Positions 38,785-48,046 of a stretch of DNA of 64,000 nt are shown piece by piece (within the stretch, counting starts at the first letter, position 1; every line of letters begins with the position of its first letter). Source of the stretch: Candidatus Spongiisociaceae bacterium (GTDB taxonomy: Bacteria; Actinomycetota; Acidimicrobiia; Spongiisociales; Spongiisociaceae); NCBI GenBank assembly GCA_965202665.1, contig OZ241841.1, forward strand, positions 480,001-544,000, in the 5' to 3' direction. The translations under genes and the position numbers were made by a program. The notes under the pieces were generated by a model. It had not been told where the DNA came from. It saw only the letters and a list, made by a program, of their open reading frames with translations, and ran no database searches.

Positions 38785-39492
38785 GTGACGGGAAAATTAA
38801 CGAAGGCGGCCTTTATTCCGGTCGGTGCGCTGGCGGTGTTGGCCGTCATCGGGTTGGCAAGTTGCGGCGGGACGGAGAACGCGCCGGCCGCGGAAGCGCC
38901 CGCCACCACTACGACGGCGCCTACTACGACCGCGGCCCCCGCCACCACTACGACGGCGCCAACTACGACCGCGGCGCCCGTTGCGACTACGACCGCGGCG
39001 GCGGCCGGGATGGAGGAGATGCCGGATATAGTCGCCAACGGCGTATACGAAGTCGGCGTTGACTGGCAACCCGGCCGTCATCGATTCGCGACCTCCGGCT
39101 CCTGCTACTGGGAAAGGCTGGCCGGGTTTTCCGGGGAGATGGACGATGTCATCGCCTACGGCGACAACACCTTGTTGTTCGTGGTCGACGTGGCCGCCGA
39201 CGACGTCGGGTTCCGAATCGACTGCCGGGACGGGGACACCTTCCTGTCCGCCGGCCAATACGTCGGCATCACCCCCGACACTGATATAACCGGGTTCATG
39301 AACGGGGTGCTGGAGGTCGGCGCGGACAAGGACATCGCGCCGGGACGATACCGGTTCACCGGCTCCTGCTACTGGGCTCGTTTGTCGGGCTTCTCCGGGG
39401 AGATGGACGACCTCATCGCCAACGGCAACGAGGACGGTTCCTTCATCGTAGAAATCGACCCCGCTGATGCCGGCTTCGAATTGCAGTGTTGA
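38785..39492 (+). CDS. Lipoprotein with Thr/Ala/Pro linker and two repeated beta-rich domains
   Basis: Lipobox LASC; TTTAP repeats; duplicated NGV(Y/L)EVG..PGR.RF..SCYW.RL.GFSGEMDD.IA unit. Confidence 0.8.
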   Translation: MTGKLTKAAFIPVGALAVLAVIGLASCGGTENAPAAEAPATTTTAPTTTAAPATTTTAPTTTAAPVATTTAAAAGMEEMPDIVANGVYEVGVDWQPGRHRFATSGSCYWERLAGFSGEMDDVIAYGDNTLLFVVDVAADDVGFRIDCRDGDTFLSAGQYVGITPDTDITGFMNGVLEVGADKDIAPGRYRFTGSCYWARLSGFSGEMDDLIANGNEDGSFIVEIDPADAGFELQC

Positions 39493-39509
39493 GAATGCGG
39501 CGCCGGGGG

Positions 39510-39586
39510 TGGTGGAGCTGAGGGGATTTGAACCCCTGGCCTCCTCGTTGCGAACGAGGCGCTCTGCCGAACTGAGCTACAGCCCC
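39510..39586 (-). tRNA. tRNA-Ala(CGC)
   Basis: GGGGCTGTAGCTCAGTTCGGCAGAGCGCCTCGTT-CGC-AACGAGGAGGCCAGGGGTTCAAATCCCCTCAGCTCCACCA. G3:U70 Ala identity pair; CCA encoded. Confidence 0.97.
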
Positions 39587-39596
39587 TGAGCGGGCT

Positions 39597-40223
39597 TTAT
39601 TCTACCACGGACGGGGCCAGGCGGCGGCGCAGGCGGTCGGCCACCATGGCCGAAGTGAGATCGGCCCGGCTCCGTTCGGCCAGGTTGCGGGCCGCGTCGG
39701 TGGTGCGGCGCAGGCCGCCGGTCATCCCGTCCGGGTAGTCCAAGCCGGCCAGCAGGTCCACTATTTCGTCCATGGCCGACAGCAACCGCTCCGCCTCCCC
39801 TATTTCGTCCGCCCGCAACTTGTCCAGCATCCGCCGCCGCATCTCCCCCACCGTCTCCCCCAGCCCGTTCAGGTAGGCGGAGGCGGACACCCCCAGTTCC
39901 TCCGCCGACGGCAACGGCCCCCCGCCCGTCACGGCCGCGAACAGGGAGGCCTCGGCGTATTCTTTGGCCGCGTCGTGCAGGATTCCCAGATTGATGTCGG
40001 GGCGGCCCGCCACGGCTGCCGCGGATTCGGCCAACAAGTCACCCGCCTCCGCCAGCAACGCCCGGGCTTGGGCGGTCTCGCCCCGATGCAGACTGCGGAT
40101 GGCGTTGGCCGCGTGGCGAATCACCCGCCGTCCGTTGCCGATGGCCACCTCGCGGGCCGAAAAAACATCGTCTAAAACGGAGCGGGCGGCGGCCTCCAAC
40201 GGGGAAAGTCCGAGAACGGACAT
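39597..40223 (-). CDS. Translin/TRAX (C3PO)-family protein
   Basis: All-helical pattern with RE...R.VIR..A.AI..LHRG, KEYAEA, YLNGLGETVGEMRR, LRRTTD..R...ERSR, typical of prokaryotic translin-like proteins. Confidence 0.75.
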   Translation of the reverse strand: MSVLGLSPLEAAARSVLDDVFSAREVAIGNGRRVIRHAANAIRSLHRGETAQARALLAEAGDLLAESAAAVAGRPDINLGILHDAAKEYAEASLFAAVTGGGPLPSAEELGVSASAYLNGLGETVGEMRRRMLDKLRADEIGEAERLLSAMDEIVDLLAGLDYPDGMTGGLRRTTDAARNLAERSRADLTSAMVADRLRRRLAPSVVE

Positions 40224-40242
40224 GTCAAACCGGCCCGCCGGG

Positions 40243-40731
40243 CTAAACGACCAGCTTGACCGACGGGGAAGACTCCGACGCCGGAGGCGGAATGTCGGAG
40301 TTCACCGGCCGCAGCAAAGCGGGGCTGGGCCGCGGGGAGAAAGCCCATTCCATCCGGCGGCGTTTGATGCGGCGCAAAGCGCTCACATATCCGATAAGGG
40401 CCAGATGGCTGGGCAGGCTGAACAGGAACACTCCCAGAGTTCGGAACAGCAGAAAAGCCAACACTCCCACCGCCACCGCAAACACCAAAATGCCCATCAC
40501 CAGCCGTCGCCGGGCCAAAACTTTGTCCCGTCTTATCGACGCTCCGCCGCCGGGAAAACCGGGCAACCCCGCCCCCGCTCTGGACCGGTTGACCGCCCGG
40601 TCCAGATCGCTGGTGAAGTTGGAAAACTCCCTGGTGGTGTAAAGGGCGGAATAACGCCGGTTCGCCCACAGGGAAGGCAGCAGGAAAACCGCCCACGCCG
40701 CAACCAGGATAAGGGAAAGTTGCACGACCAT
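40243..40731 (-). CDS. Membrane protein, SepX/GlpR-like
   Basis: N-terminal TM (AAWAVFLLPSL), basic ARRRLV before two TMs. Sits between moeA/moaC and tRNA-Ala(CGC), as in the conserved actinobacterial locus. Confidence 0.5.
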   Translation of the reverse strand: MVVQLSLILVAAWAVFLLPSLWANRRYSALYTTREFSNFTSDLDRAVNRSRAGAGLPGFPGGGASIRRDKVLARRRLVMGILVFAVAVGVLAFLLFRTLGVFLFSLPSHLALIGYVSALRRIKRRRMEWAFSPRPSPALLRPVNSDIPPPASESSPSVKLVV

Positions 40732-40833
40732 TGCAGTAGCGCCTCCGGTTGTTTTGATACCGGTAGCGGAGAATAGACTTGGAATCCCTTTTTTCCGGGT
40801 ATTTCCACCCCGCCTATCCGGGGAGGCCCCGCT

Positions 40834-41319
40834 TCAGGCCGGGTTGTCCGCCCGCCACTCCCCGGAACTCCCGCCCGTTTTGGACAGCAACCGCACCCGG
40901 GAAATGCAAACTCCCCGTTCGACTCCCTTCACCATGTCGTATAAGGCGAGGGCGGCCACCGAGACGGCGGTCATCGCCTCCATTTCCGCCCCGGTGCGCC
41001 CCGAGGTTCGAACCGAAGCGGTGATGCGGGCCCCCTGCGCGGTGCGTTCCACGTCGACCGCCGCCTCGGAAAGGGAAATCGGGTGGCACAGCGGAATGAG
41101 GTCGGGGGTTTTTTTGGCGGCCATTATCCCGGCCAGCCGGGCCGCCCCCAGCGCGTCCCCTTTGGGCAGCGAACCGGTGAACAGTTTGTCGGCCGTGGCG
41201 GGCGACATGGCCACCAGCGCCTCCGCCTCCGCCCGCCGGTCGGTGACCGCTTTGCCGCCCACATCCACCATCCGGGCCCGCCCCGCCTCGTCCAGATGGG
41301 TCAAATCGCCGCCGCTCAT
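40834..41319 (-). CDS. moaC: Cyclic pyranopterin monophosphate synthase
   Basis: [39 protein letters not shown]. Confidence 0.95.
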   Translation of the reverse strand: MSGGDLTHLDEAGRARMVDVGGKAVTDRRAEAEALVAMSPATADKLFTGSLPKGDALGAARLAGIMAAKKTPDLIPLCHPISLSEAAVDVERTAQGARITASVRTSGRTGAEMEAMTAVSVAALALYDMVKGVERGVCISRVRLLSKTGGSSGEWRADNPA

Positions 41320-42545
41320 CCCAGGGCCTCCTCCGCCGACCGGGTTTCCGGGGCGGTGAACAGTTCCAAGGTCACCGCATCCCCCTCCTCCACCCGCCCG
41401 GTCCCCGCCGGTATCACCGCCCAGGCGTCGGCCCGGGCCAGGGCGGACAGGACGTTGGACATCTGGCCGCCGCTGGAACGGGCGTACAAGGCCCCGTTCC
41501 GCCGTTCGCTCCTCACCCGGGTGAACACCGTTTTAGCCGGATCGGTGTTCCATCCCTCCCCGGCGACGGCGGGAACCCGGGAGCGGAACACCGCCTCCGC
41601 CCCCATCATGGTCAGCAGGGCGGGGCGGGCGAACTGCTCGAAAGCGACCATCGCCGACACCGGATTGCCGGGCAAACCGAGCAGGGGCGTCCCCCCGATA
41701 TGGCCGAAGGCGAAAGGTTTGGCGGGCTGCATGGCCACCTGCCAGAAATCAACTCCGCCCAGCTCCCCCAAGACGGCTTTCACCAAGTCGTATTCCCCCA
41801 TGGACACCCCGCCGGAGGTGAGAACCATGTCCGCCTCGGCCGCCCCGCCGGTCAGGGCCTCCCGCAACCGGCCGGGATCGTCCCCCACTATCCCCAAATC
41901 GACCACCTCCGCCCCCAGCTCGTCCAGCAAGCCGATCAGCAAGGGGCGGTTGGTGTCCCGGATCTGGCCGGGGGACAAACGGGGGACGTGCGGGGGGAGC
42001 AACTCGTCGCCGGTGGACAGCACCGCCGCCCGGGGGCGGCGAAACACGGTGGGGGAAACTCCCAGGGAGGCCAGCACCGCCAGGTGGCGGGGGTCCAGCC
42101 GCGTTCCTGCCCCGAACACCGGGTCCCCGGCCGCCAGGTCCCCGCCCGCCGGGCGAACCGCCGTCCCCGGGGCGGGGGCGGTCAAAATCCGCACCGCCCC
42201 CGGCAGGGGCTCGGTGTCCTCCACCCGCACCACCGTATCCGCTCCCTCCGGCAACGGGGCCCCGGTCATTATTTTGACGGCCCCCCCCGGCGTCACCGGC
42301 CCGCTCGCCACCGACCCGGCCGGGACGTCCTCCAGCGCTTCCAGTACCGTCGGCGGGCGGGAAACGTCCCCGGCCCGCACCGCGTAGCCGTCCATGGCCG
42401 AATTGGTGAAAGGGGGGACGTCGTGGGGGGCGTCCACCGGGCGGGCCAAGGCCAAACCGCGCGCTTCCCACACCGGAACCATGGTTTCCGGCAACCGGGC
42501 GACGGCGGCCAGCACCTGTCGTTGCGCCTGCTCCAACGGCAACAT
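41316..42545 (-). CDS. moeA: Molybdopterin molybdotransferase / gephyrin-like Glp
   Basis: [41 protein letters not shown]. Start ATG 42545 overlaps the galU stop. Confidence 0.93.
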   Translation of the reverse strand: MLPLEQAQRQVLAAVARLPETMVPVWEARGLALARPVDAPHDVPPFTNSAMDGYAVRAGDVSRPPTVLEALEDVPAGSVASGPVTPGGAVKIMTGAPLPEGADTVVRVEDTEPLPGAVRILTAPAPGTAVRPAGGDLAAGDPVFGAGTRLDPRHLAVLASLGVSPTVFRRPRAAVLSTGDELLPPHVPRLSPGQIRDTNRPLLIGLLDELGAEVVDLGIVGDDPGRLREALTGGAAEADMVLTSGGVSMGEYDLVKAVLGELGGVDFWQVAMQPAKPFAFGHIGGTPLLGLPGNPVSAMVAFEQFARPALLTMMGAEAVFRSRVPAVAGEGWNTDPAKTVFTRVRSERRNGALYARSSGGQMSNVLSALARADAWAVIPAGTGRVEEGDAVTLELFTAPETRSAEEALG

Positions 42546-43396
42546 CAGTCCCCCCGCCTTTCCTCCCCCAGCATTTTTTTCATCAGGGCCTTCAACTCCT
42601 CTCCGTAGTCGGGGCTGGCCGCGGCCAGCGCAAAGTTGGCCTCCAAAAACCCCCAGGCGTGGCCGGTGTCCAGGAAGCCCGTATCGGTGACGTACCCCAG
42701 GCACCGTCCCCGCCGCCCCAGGGCGTCGACCGCGTCGGTGAGTTGAATCTCACCCCCGTGTCCCGGTTCCGCCTCCGCCAAAATGTCGAACACCTCCGGG
42801 GTGAAAAGGTAGCGGCCCTGGATGGCGAGGCGGGAGGGGGCGGAGCCGGGAGGGGGTTTCTCCACCGCCCCCGCCACTTCCAGCACCGGTCCCTCCCGGG
42901 CGGAGGCGGGAACGATGACCCCTTTGGAGGACAGGGCCTCCTCCGGCAGGCGGCGCAGGCACAAAACCGATTTCCCGGGGGCGGCCGACTCGGCCAAGCG
43001 GGGCAGGACGTCCCGGTCGGGGGGGAGCAGGTCGTCGGCGGTCATCACGTAAAAAGGCCGGCCGCCGATCGCTTCCCGCCCGCAGGCCACCGCATGCCCC
43101 AAGCCTTTCGCCTCGGACTGGACGACGGTTCGCACCCGGATGCCCTCCAGTTGCGGGCGGCCGCCGATCATGCGGAAATGCTTTTCCACCATGGCCTGCG
43201 CCTCCGGATCCACCACCGCCACCGCTTCCCGCACCCCGGCCCGGGCCGCCTCCTCCACCACCCATTGGATGCTGGGGCGGTCCACCACCGTCAGCAGGGC
43301 TTTGGGAACGGCGTTGGTGGCGGGGCGCATGCGGGTTCCCCGGCCCGCCGCCGGAATCAGGGCCGCTTCCACTCCCGGGGCCGCCGGCACTTTCAA
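42545..43396 (-). CDS. galU: UTP--glucose-1-phosphate uridylyltransferase
   Basis: LIPAAGRGTRMRPATNAVPKALL, KGLGHAV, VEKP, GEIQLTDA. Start is uncertain (TTG 43396 or GTG 43390). Confidence 0.85.
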   Translation of the reverse strand: MKVPAAPGVEAALIPAAGRGTRMRPATNAVPKALLTVVDRPSIQWVVEEAARAGVREAVAVVDPEAQAMVEKHFRMIGGRPQLEGIRVRTVVQSEAKGLGHAVACGREAIGGRPFYVMTADDLLPPDRDVLPRLAESAAPGKSVLCLRRLPEEALSSKGVIVPASAREGPVLEVAGAVEKPPPGSAPSRLAIQGRYLFTPEVFDILAEAEPGHGGEIQLTDAVDALGRRGRCLGYVTDTGFLDTGHAWGFLEANFALAAASPDYGEELKALMKKMLGEERRGD

Positions 43397-43971
43397 ATCC
43401 GATTCTCGACGCCCGCCCGCAACCGGGACAGGTTGGAACGGTGCCGCCAAAAAATGAGGGCCAGCATCAGGCCGAACCACAACCAGGCCCAGCCCCGCAC
43501 CCCGGCCAGCCACAGACCGGGCAGGACCAGCAAGGCGGCGGCCAGGGAACCCACCGCCGACACTTTCAGTATCCGCACCAGCAGGATGTAGAGGGCGGCG
43601 GCGGCCGCCATCACCAGCGGAGCGACGGCCAGCAGGGCCCCGCCCCCGGTGGCCACCCCTTTGCCCCCCCGAAAACCGAAGAAGACCGGGTAGCAGTGTC
43701 CGATCGCCGCCGCCAACCCGGCCGCCGCCGCCAACCCCGTCCCCCCCGCCGCCAACCCGGCCAGGGCGGGGATGCACCCTTTGAGCAAGTCCAGCAGGTA
43801 AACCAAGGCCGCCGGGCGCGCCCCCAAAGTCCTGTACACGTTGGAGGCCCCCGGATTTCCGCTGCCCTGCGCCCGGATGTCGGTACCGAGGGAGCGGGCC
43901 GTCAACACCGCCCAGTTGACGGAGCCCGCCAGGTAGGCGCCGGCCAAAAGGAGGGCCGCTAACCAAGTCAT
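43393..43971 (-). CDS. plsY: Glycerol-3-phosphate acyltransferase
   Basis: DIRAQGSGNPGASN, DLLKG, GHCYPVFFGFRGGKGVAT, RHRSNL. A TAAACT -10 lies 7 nt before ATG 43971, so the mRNA may be leaderless. Confidence 0.92.
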   Translation of the reverse strand: MTWLAALLLAGAYLAGSVNWAVLTARSLGTDIRAQGSGNPGASNVYRTLGARPAALVYLLDLLKGCIPALAGLAAGGTGLAAAAGLAAAIGHCYPVFFGFRGGKGVATGGGALLAVAPLVMAAAAALYILLVRILKVSAVGSLAAALLVLPGLWLAGVRGWAWLWFGLMLALIFWRHRSNLSRLRAGVENRI

Positions 43972-44054
43972 GATGATAAGTTTAATCCCCCCGGCGCTAT
44001 GCTGGGCGGCGCGGGCCGGGCGAGGCCGCGCAGTCCCTACCATGAAGGTTCGAT

Positions 44055-44405
44055 ATGCCCACCTATGTCTATGAGTGCGCCGAGTGCGAACACCGTTTTG
44101 AGGTGTTCCAAAGCTTCTCGGCCAAGGCGATGCGCAAATGCCCGCAGTGCCGGCGCTCCGCCCTGCGCAAAGTGCTGTTTCCGGCGGGGGTGGTTTTCAA
44201 AGGGTCCGGTTTCTACGTGAACGACTCCCGGTCGGCGGCCGCTAAAAAAACCAAATCCGACTCCGGGGGCGCCAAAGGCTCCGGCGGGGAGGGGGACAAA
44301 GGCAAGTCGGACGGCGCCGGCGGAAAAGAAAGTTCCTCCAAAAAAGAGGGCGGCTCGGCCTCCGAGAAGGAACCCGCCGCCTCCGGTTCCAAATCCGGTT
44401 CCTGA
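44055..44405 (+). CDS. FmdB-family zinc-ribbon protein
   Basis: MPTYVYECAEC...CPQC...VFKGSGFY with a low-complexity tail. Confidence 0.9.
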   Translation: MPTYVYECAECEHRFEVFQSFSAKAMRKCPQCRRSALRKVLFPAGVVFKGSGFYVNDSRSAAAKKTKSDSGGAKGSGGEGDKGKSDGAGGKESSSKKEGGSASEKEPAASGSKSGS

Positions 44406-44411
44406 ACCGGC

Positions 44412-44999
44412 ATGGACGAAGTTGCGGGGGTGGCCCTGGCCGGGGGGGACTCGGCGCGGATGGGGCGGGACAAGGCGATGGAGCCGGTGGGGGGGCGGCC
44501 CATGGCCGAATGGGTGGCGGAGGCGCTGCGGGAAGTGTTCGGGCGGACGGCGGCGGTGGGGCGGGAAGGTTCTTTGGCCGGGCTGACGGGGATTCCCGAT
44601 GCGGAACCGGCCGGGCGGGGGCCGTTGAGCGGGGTGGTGACCGCCCTGCGGATGTTCGCCCGCCCGGTGGTGGCGGTGGCGGTGGACCAGCCTTTGGTGC
44701 GGCCCGGCACTTTGCGGCGGCTGGCGGAGACGGCGGTTGAAGCCGGAACCACGGTGTGCGTGGACGGGAGACCGCAGGTGACCTGCGCCGCCTACTCCCC
44801 GGACTGCTTGGAAGAAGCGGAACGGGCGCTGCGGGAGGGCGGTTCCGTCCAAACCCTGCTGGAGCGGATCCCGTGGAGGCGGGTGGAGCGGGAAACGTGG
44901 ACGGCGTGGGGGGAGGACGGGCGATCCTGGTTTTCCATGGACGACCGGGAAGCAATTTTGGCCGCCGAAACCAGGTTCCGGCTCCGCCTGATAGACTGA
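44412..44999 (+). CDS. mobA: Molybdenum cofactor guanylyltransferase
   Basis: LAGGDSARMGRDKA, GPLSGV, AVDQP. Confidence 0.8.
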   Translation: MDEVAGVALAGGDSARMGRDKAMEPVGGRPMAEWVAEALREVFGRTAAVGREGSLAGLTGIPDAEPAGRGPLSGVVTALRMFARPVVAVAVDQPLVRPGTLRRLAETAVEAGTTVCVDGRPQVTCAAYSPDCLEEAERALREGGSVQTLLERIPWRRVERETWTAWGEDGRSWFSMDDREAILAAETRFRLRLID

Positions 45000-45090
45000 C
45001 TTTACCCGTCTGACCTGGGGTTTTGTTCTTTAGGGGGGCGCGTGCGACAACCCCCTAGTTTTATTTCCGAAAATGGGTTATGTTGGAAAT

Positions 45091-45624
45091 ATGCTGTGGC
45101 TGGAACGACCTCCGTACTGGCGTTGGGCGCTGGTGGGCCTGCTGGCGGTGGTCAGCTTGTGGCTGGAGTTGCGCCCGGACGACTCCGTCGACCATCCTTT
45201 CCTGGCCCGGGACGTGGCCGTGGGGGAACCGGTGGAAGGGGCCCTGGTGTGGCGGAGCCTCCCGGAGGGGGCGTTGGAGACGGCGATGACCGCCGGGTTC
45301 GCCGCCCGGCCGCTGACCGCCGGACAGCCTTTGTTGCGGGGGGACGTGGTTCCCGACCCGGTGGCCGCCCCGCCCGGCTGGTGGATCGTGGAAGTGGAAG
45401 TGCCCAGCGAAGCGGCGGCGGGAGGGCGGGTGCAACTGGTGGTGCTGCCCGAACCGGGGCGCCGTCCGCTCCAACCCATAGAAGGGGTGGCGGTGGAGGT
45501 GCGGCCCGCCGGTTACGAAGGCGGAAACCCGGTGGCGTCGGTGGCCGTCCCGCCCGACCGGGCCGCCACCGCCGCCGCCGCCATCGCCGAACAACGGGTT
45601 TCGGTTCTGGTGCAACCGCCCTGA
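45091..45624 (+). CDS. SAF-domain (CpaB-like) protein
   Basis: N-terminal TM, then LARDVAVGEPV...ARPLTAGQPL. Typical neighbour of FmdB in actinobacteria. Start is uncertain (45073 or 45091). Confidence 0.55.
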   Translation: MLWLERPPYWRWALVGLLAVVSLWLELRPDDSVDHPFLARDVAVGEPVEGALVWRSLPEGALETAMTAGFAARPLTAGQPLLRGDVVPDPVAAPPGWWIVEVEVPSEAAAGGRVQLVVLPEPGRRPLQPIEGVAVEVRPAGYEGGNPVASVAVPPDRAATAAAAIAEQRVSVLVQPP

Positions 45625-45650
45625 GGGGGCGGGCCTGGTAGCGTGAGGGC

Positions 45651-46424
45651 GTGTTGGAAGCCGTCCTGTGGGGACTGATCCAGGGCCTGACCGAATTTCT
45701 GCCCGTTTCGTCCAGCGGCCATCTGCGGCTGGTACCGGAAATCTTCGGGGCGGAGGCGCCCGGCCTGGCCGCCTCGGCGGTGCTGCATCTGGGAACTTTG
45801 CTGTCGGTGATCGCCTACTTCCGGGCCGACATCGCCTGGGTGGCGCGGGGGTTGCTGGGACGGGGCGACCGGGCCGCCCGGCGGGTGGCATGGGTGGTAG
45901 CCCTGGCCACCCTCCCGGCGGCGGCGGCCGGGCTGGCCCTGGGAGGGCTGTTGGACCGTTTCCAGGAATCAGCGACGGCGGTGGGGGCGGCCTTGGCGGT
46001 GAACGGGCTGATACTGGTGTTTTCCCCCCGGCCCGCTGCGGGGGGCGGGCGGACCGTGGAGGAAACCGGGGTGGGCGACGCGGCGGCGGTCGGGCTGGCG
46101 CAGGCGGCGGCGCTGTTGCCCGGAATTTCAAGGTCGGGGATGGCCATCGCCATGGGCGTGCGGCGCGGGTTGTCCCCCCGGCAGGCGGCCCGGCTGGCTT
46201 TCCTGATGTCCGTTCCGGTGATCGCCGGGGCGGGCCTGTGGGAGGCCCTCGGCGTTTCCGGCGACGGGGGCTGGGGGTGGGGGCTGGCGGCGGGAACGGC
46301 GGCCGCCGCCCTGTCCGGCTACGGGGCGATAGCGGCGCTACTCAAAGCGATAACCCGCTGGGGCATGCGCCCCTTCGGTTATTACTGCCTAGCGGCGGGC
46401 CTCCTGAGCCTGTTGCTGATCTAA
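45651..46424 (+). CDS. uppP: Undecaprenyl-diphosphate phosphatase
   Basis: QGLTEFLPVSSSGHL, PGISRSG. TGG-TAGCGT lies 6 nt before the GTG start, suggesting a leaderless promoter. Confidence 0.93.
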   Translation: MLEAVLWGLIQGLTEFLPVSSSGHLRLVPEIFGAEAPGLAASAVLHLGTLLSVIAYFRADIAWVARGLLGRGDRAARRVAWVVALATLPAAAAGLALGGLLDRFQESATAVGAALAVNGLILVFSPRPAAGGGRTVEETGVGDAAAVGLAQAAALLPGISRSGMAIAMGVRRGLSPRQAARLAFLMSVPVIAGAGLWEALGVSGDGGWGWGLAAGTAAAALSGYGAIAALLKAITRWGMRPFGYYCLAAGLLSLLLI

Positions 46425-46555
46425 AACCCGACCCTATCCCGCCGCGGACGCACCCTGAGAAACACCCTTGGTTGCCAACCGGGAGGTCCGAATACCATTC
46501 AACGAAACGACCAAAAATTGGGTGTATAAGTTAGGAAACATCCAACCCTATAATT

Positions 46556-46645
46556 AAAAAACGATGCGGCTCCCGGGGTTAGGCTACCACCTAAACAGCC
46601 TTCGACCGCCCCCGGGCATGCCGCATCTAAACCTATGACGGTCTT
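46556..46645 (-). ncRNA. Candidate small RNA (rod-like hairpin with U-tail)
   Basis: Preceded by TTGACA(46675-80)-18nt-TACAAT(46651-56). Folds as GATGCGGC/GCCGCATC, CCCGGGG/CCCCGGG and AGGCTGTT/GGTAGCCT, then ends in T6. Lies between convergent genes. Confidence 0.5.
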
Positions 46646-46688
46646 GTGACATTGTAATCATCAGCCTGCGGGTTTGTCAAAACGGGGG

Positions 46689-47963
46689 TTAGCGGGCGCC
46701 GTAGCCGCTTAGGACCGTCCATAGGCTGCGGCCCATTATGGCCAAGTCCAGCCAGGGGCTCATGTGTTTCAGGTAGTACAGGTCGTAGGTCAGTTTGTCG
46801 ATGGTGTCGGCGTCCCCGTCGGCGTAGCCGTAGTTGACCTGCGCCCAGCCGGTCAGGCCGGGCCGCACCATGTGCCGGTGGGAGTAGAAGGGGATGGTTT
46901 TTGAGAAGCGGGCCACGAAGGCCTCCTGCTCGGGCCGGGGGCCCACCAGGCTCAGATCCCCCCGGAGCACGTTCCACAGTTGGGGCAGCTCGTCCACTCG
47001 GAAGCGGCGCAGCCAGCGCCCGGCGGAAGTGAGGCGCCGATCGCCCACCGCCGCAAAGGACGGACCCCCCCGCTCGGCCCCCACCCGCATGGTGCGGAAC
47101 TTGTAGAGGGTGAAAAGCCCGCCGCCCCGTCCCACCCTGGTCTGGCGGAAAATTACCGGGCCCGGCGAAGAGAAACGCACGATGAGGGCCGCCGCCGCGG
47201 AGATGAGCAAGGTGAGGGGGGCGGTGGCCGCCACCGCCAAGATGTCGAACAGCCGTTTGCCGGGGAGATAGGGGGCGGCCCGTAAAACGGGGGCCGACAA
47301 CTCCCACCCTTCGGCCAGGGCCACCACCGGCATGCGGCCGGTGTGCATCTCGTACACCTCCGACAGGGGGCGCACATCGAACCCGGCCAAAGTGCAGGAA
47401 GAAACGTACTGGGCCATCCGGTCGGACAGCACCGCCCGCAAATCCACCCCCACCACCATCCCCGGCTCGGGCGGGCTTATGTCCCCCTCCTCCCCCGGAT
47501 CCAAAATGGTGGTTACCTGCGCGTGGGGGGCCAGATGCAGGTCGTCCACCAGCCTTTTTTCGTTGGTTACCAGCACCAGCCGCTCCACCCAGGGACGGCG
47601 CCGTTGCCAGGCGCGATGGCCGAGGGCCCCCACTAGGAAAAAGGCGGTGGACCAGGCCAGCAAGGAGCGGGAAAAGTAGAAGCGGGCGGCGGCCAGGGAG
47701 AGGGCGGTGAACCCGACGGTGACGGCGGTGATGGTTAAAGCCCGTCCGTAACTGGGACGGGGGGCGGCCCCCGCCCACAACCGGGCGCTGACCAGCTCGG
47801 CCGCTCCCAGCCCGGCGAACATCACCGCCAGCAACGGAACCACCTGCGGGCGGGCCGCCCACGGCAGGGGCGTTCCAAAAACGATCAGCGAAGCCAACCC
47901 CAATCCGATGGCCAGCCCCGCCCCGTCCAACAGGGCGCGCGACCACAGAAACCTACGACGCAA
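46689..47963 (-). CDS. Polyprenyl glycosylphosphotransferase (WcaJ/WbaP-like priming sugar transferase)
   Basis: N-terminal TMs; KRLFDI, FRQTRVG, YKFRTM, DELPQLWNVLRGDLSLVGPRPE, RPGLTGWAQV. Confidence 0.9.
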   Translation of the reverse strand: MRRRFLWSRALLDGAGLAIGLGLASLIVFGTPLPWAARPQVVPLLAVMFAGLGAAELVSARLWAGAAPRPSYGRALTITAVTVGFTALSLAAARFYFSRSLLAWSTAFFLVGALGHRAWQRRRPWVERLVLVTNEKRLVDDLHLAPHAQVTTILDPGEEGDISPPEPGMVVGVDLRAVLSDRMAQYVSSCTLAGFDVRPLSEVYEMHTGRMPVVALAEGWELSAPVLRAAPYLPGKRLFDILAVAATAPLTLLISAAAALIVRFSSPGPVIFRQTRVGRGGGLFTLYKFRTMRVGAERGGPSFAAVGDRRLTSAGRWLRRFRVDELPQLWNVLRGDLSLVGPRPEQEAFVARFSKTIPFYSHRHMVRPGLTGWAQVNYGYADGDADTIDKLTYDLYYLKHMSPWLDLAIMGRSLWTVLSGYGAR

Positions 47964-48046
47964 GTTGGACGCCCTCCTTGTTCAAACTCGGCGCGGGAAC
48001 CGCCCCCGAATTATACGCAAAACCTCCCCCGCCGCCGATATTCCGA

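Noticed and set aside
38900-39000. CRISPR-like short repeats
   Set aside because: In-frame tandem repeats encoding the TTTAP linker of a lipoprotein; no unique spacers and no cas genes.
39493-39590. tRNA-Ala as the integration site of an island containing the array
   Set aside because: No integrase and no duplicated tRNA 3' end seen; housekeeping genes (gap, ferredoxin) lie between the tRNA and the array.
46434-46541. 35-aa minus-strand ORF (MFPNLYTQFLVV...) after the candidate sRNA, as a type I toxin
   Set aside because: Weak RBS, no clear transmembrane helix, and it lies past the U-tail; not supportable from sequence alone.
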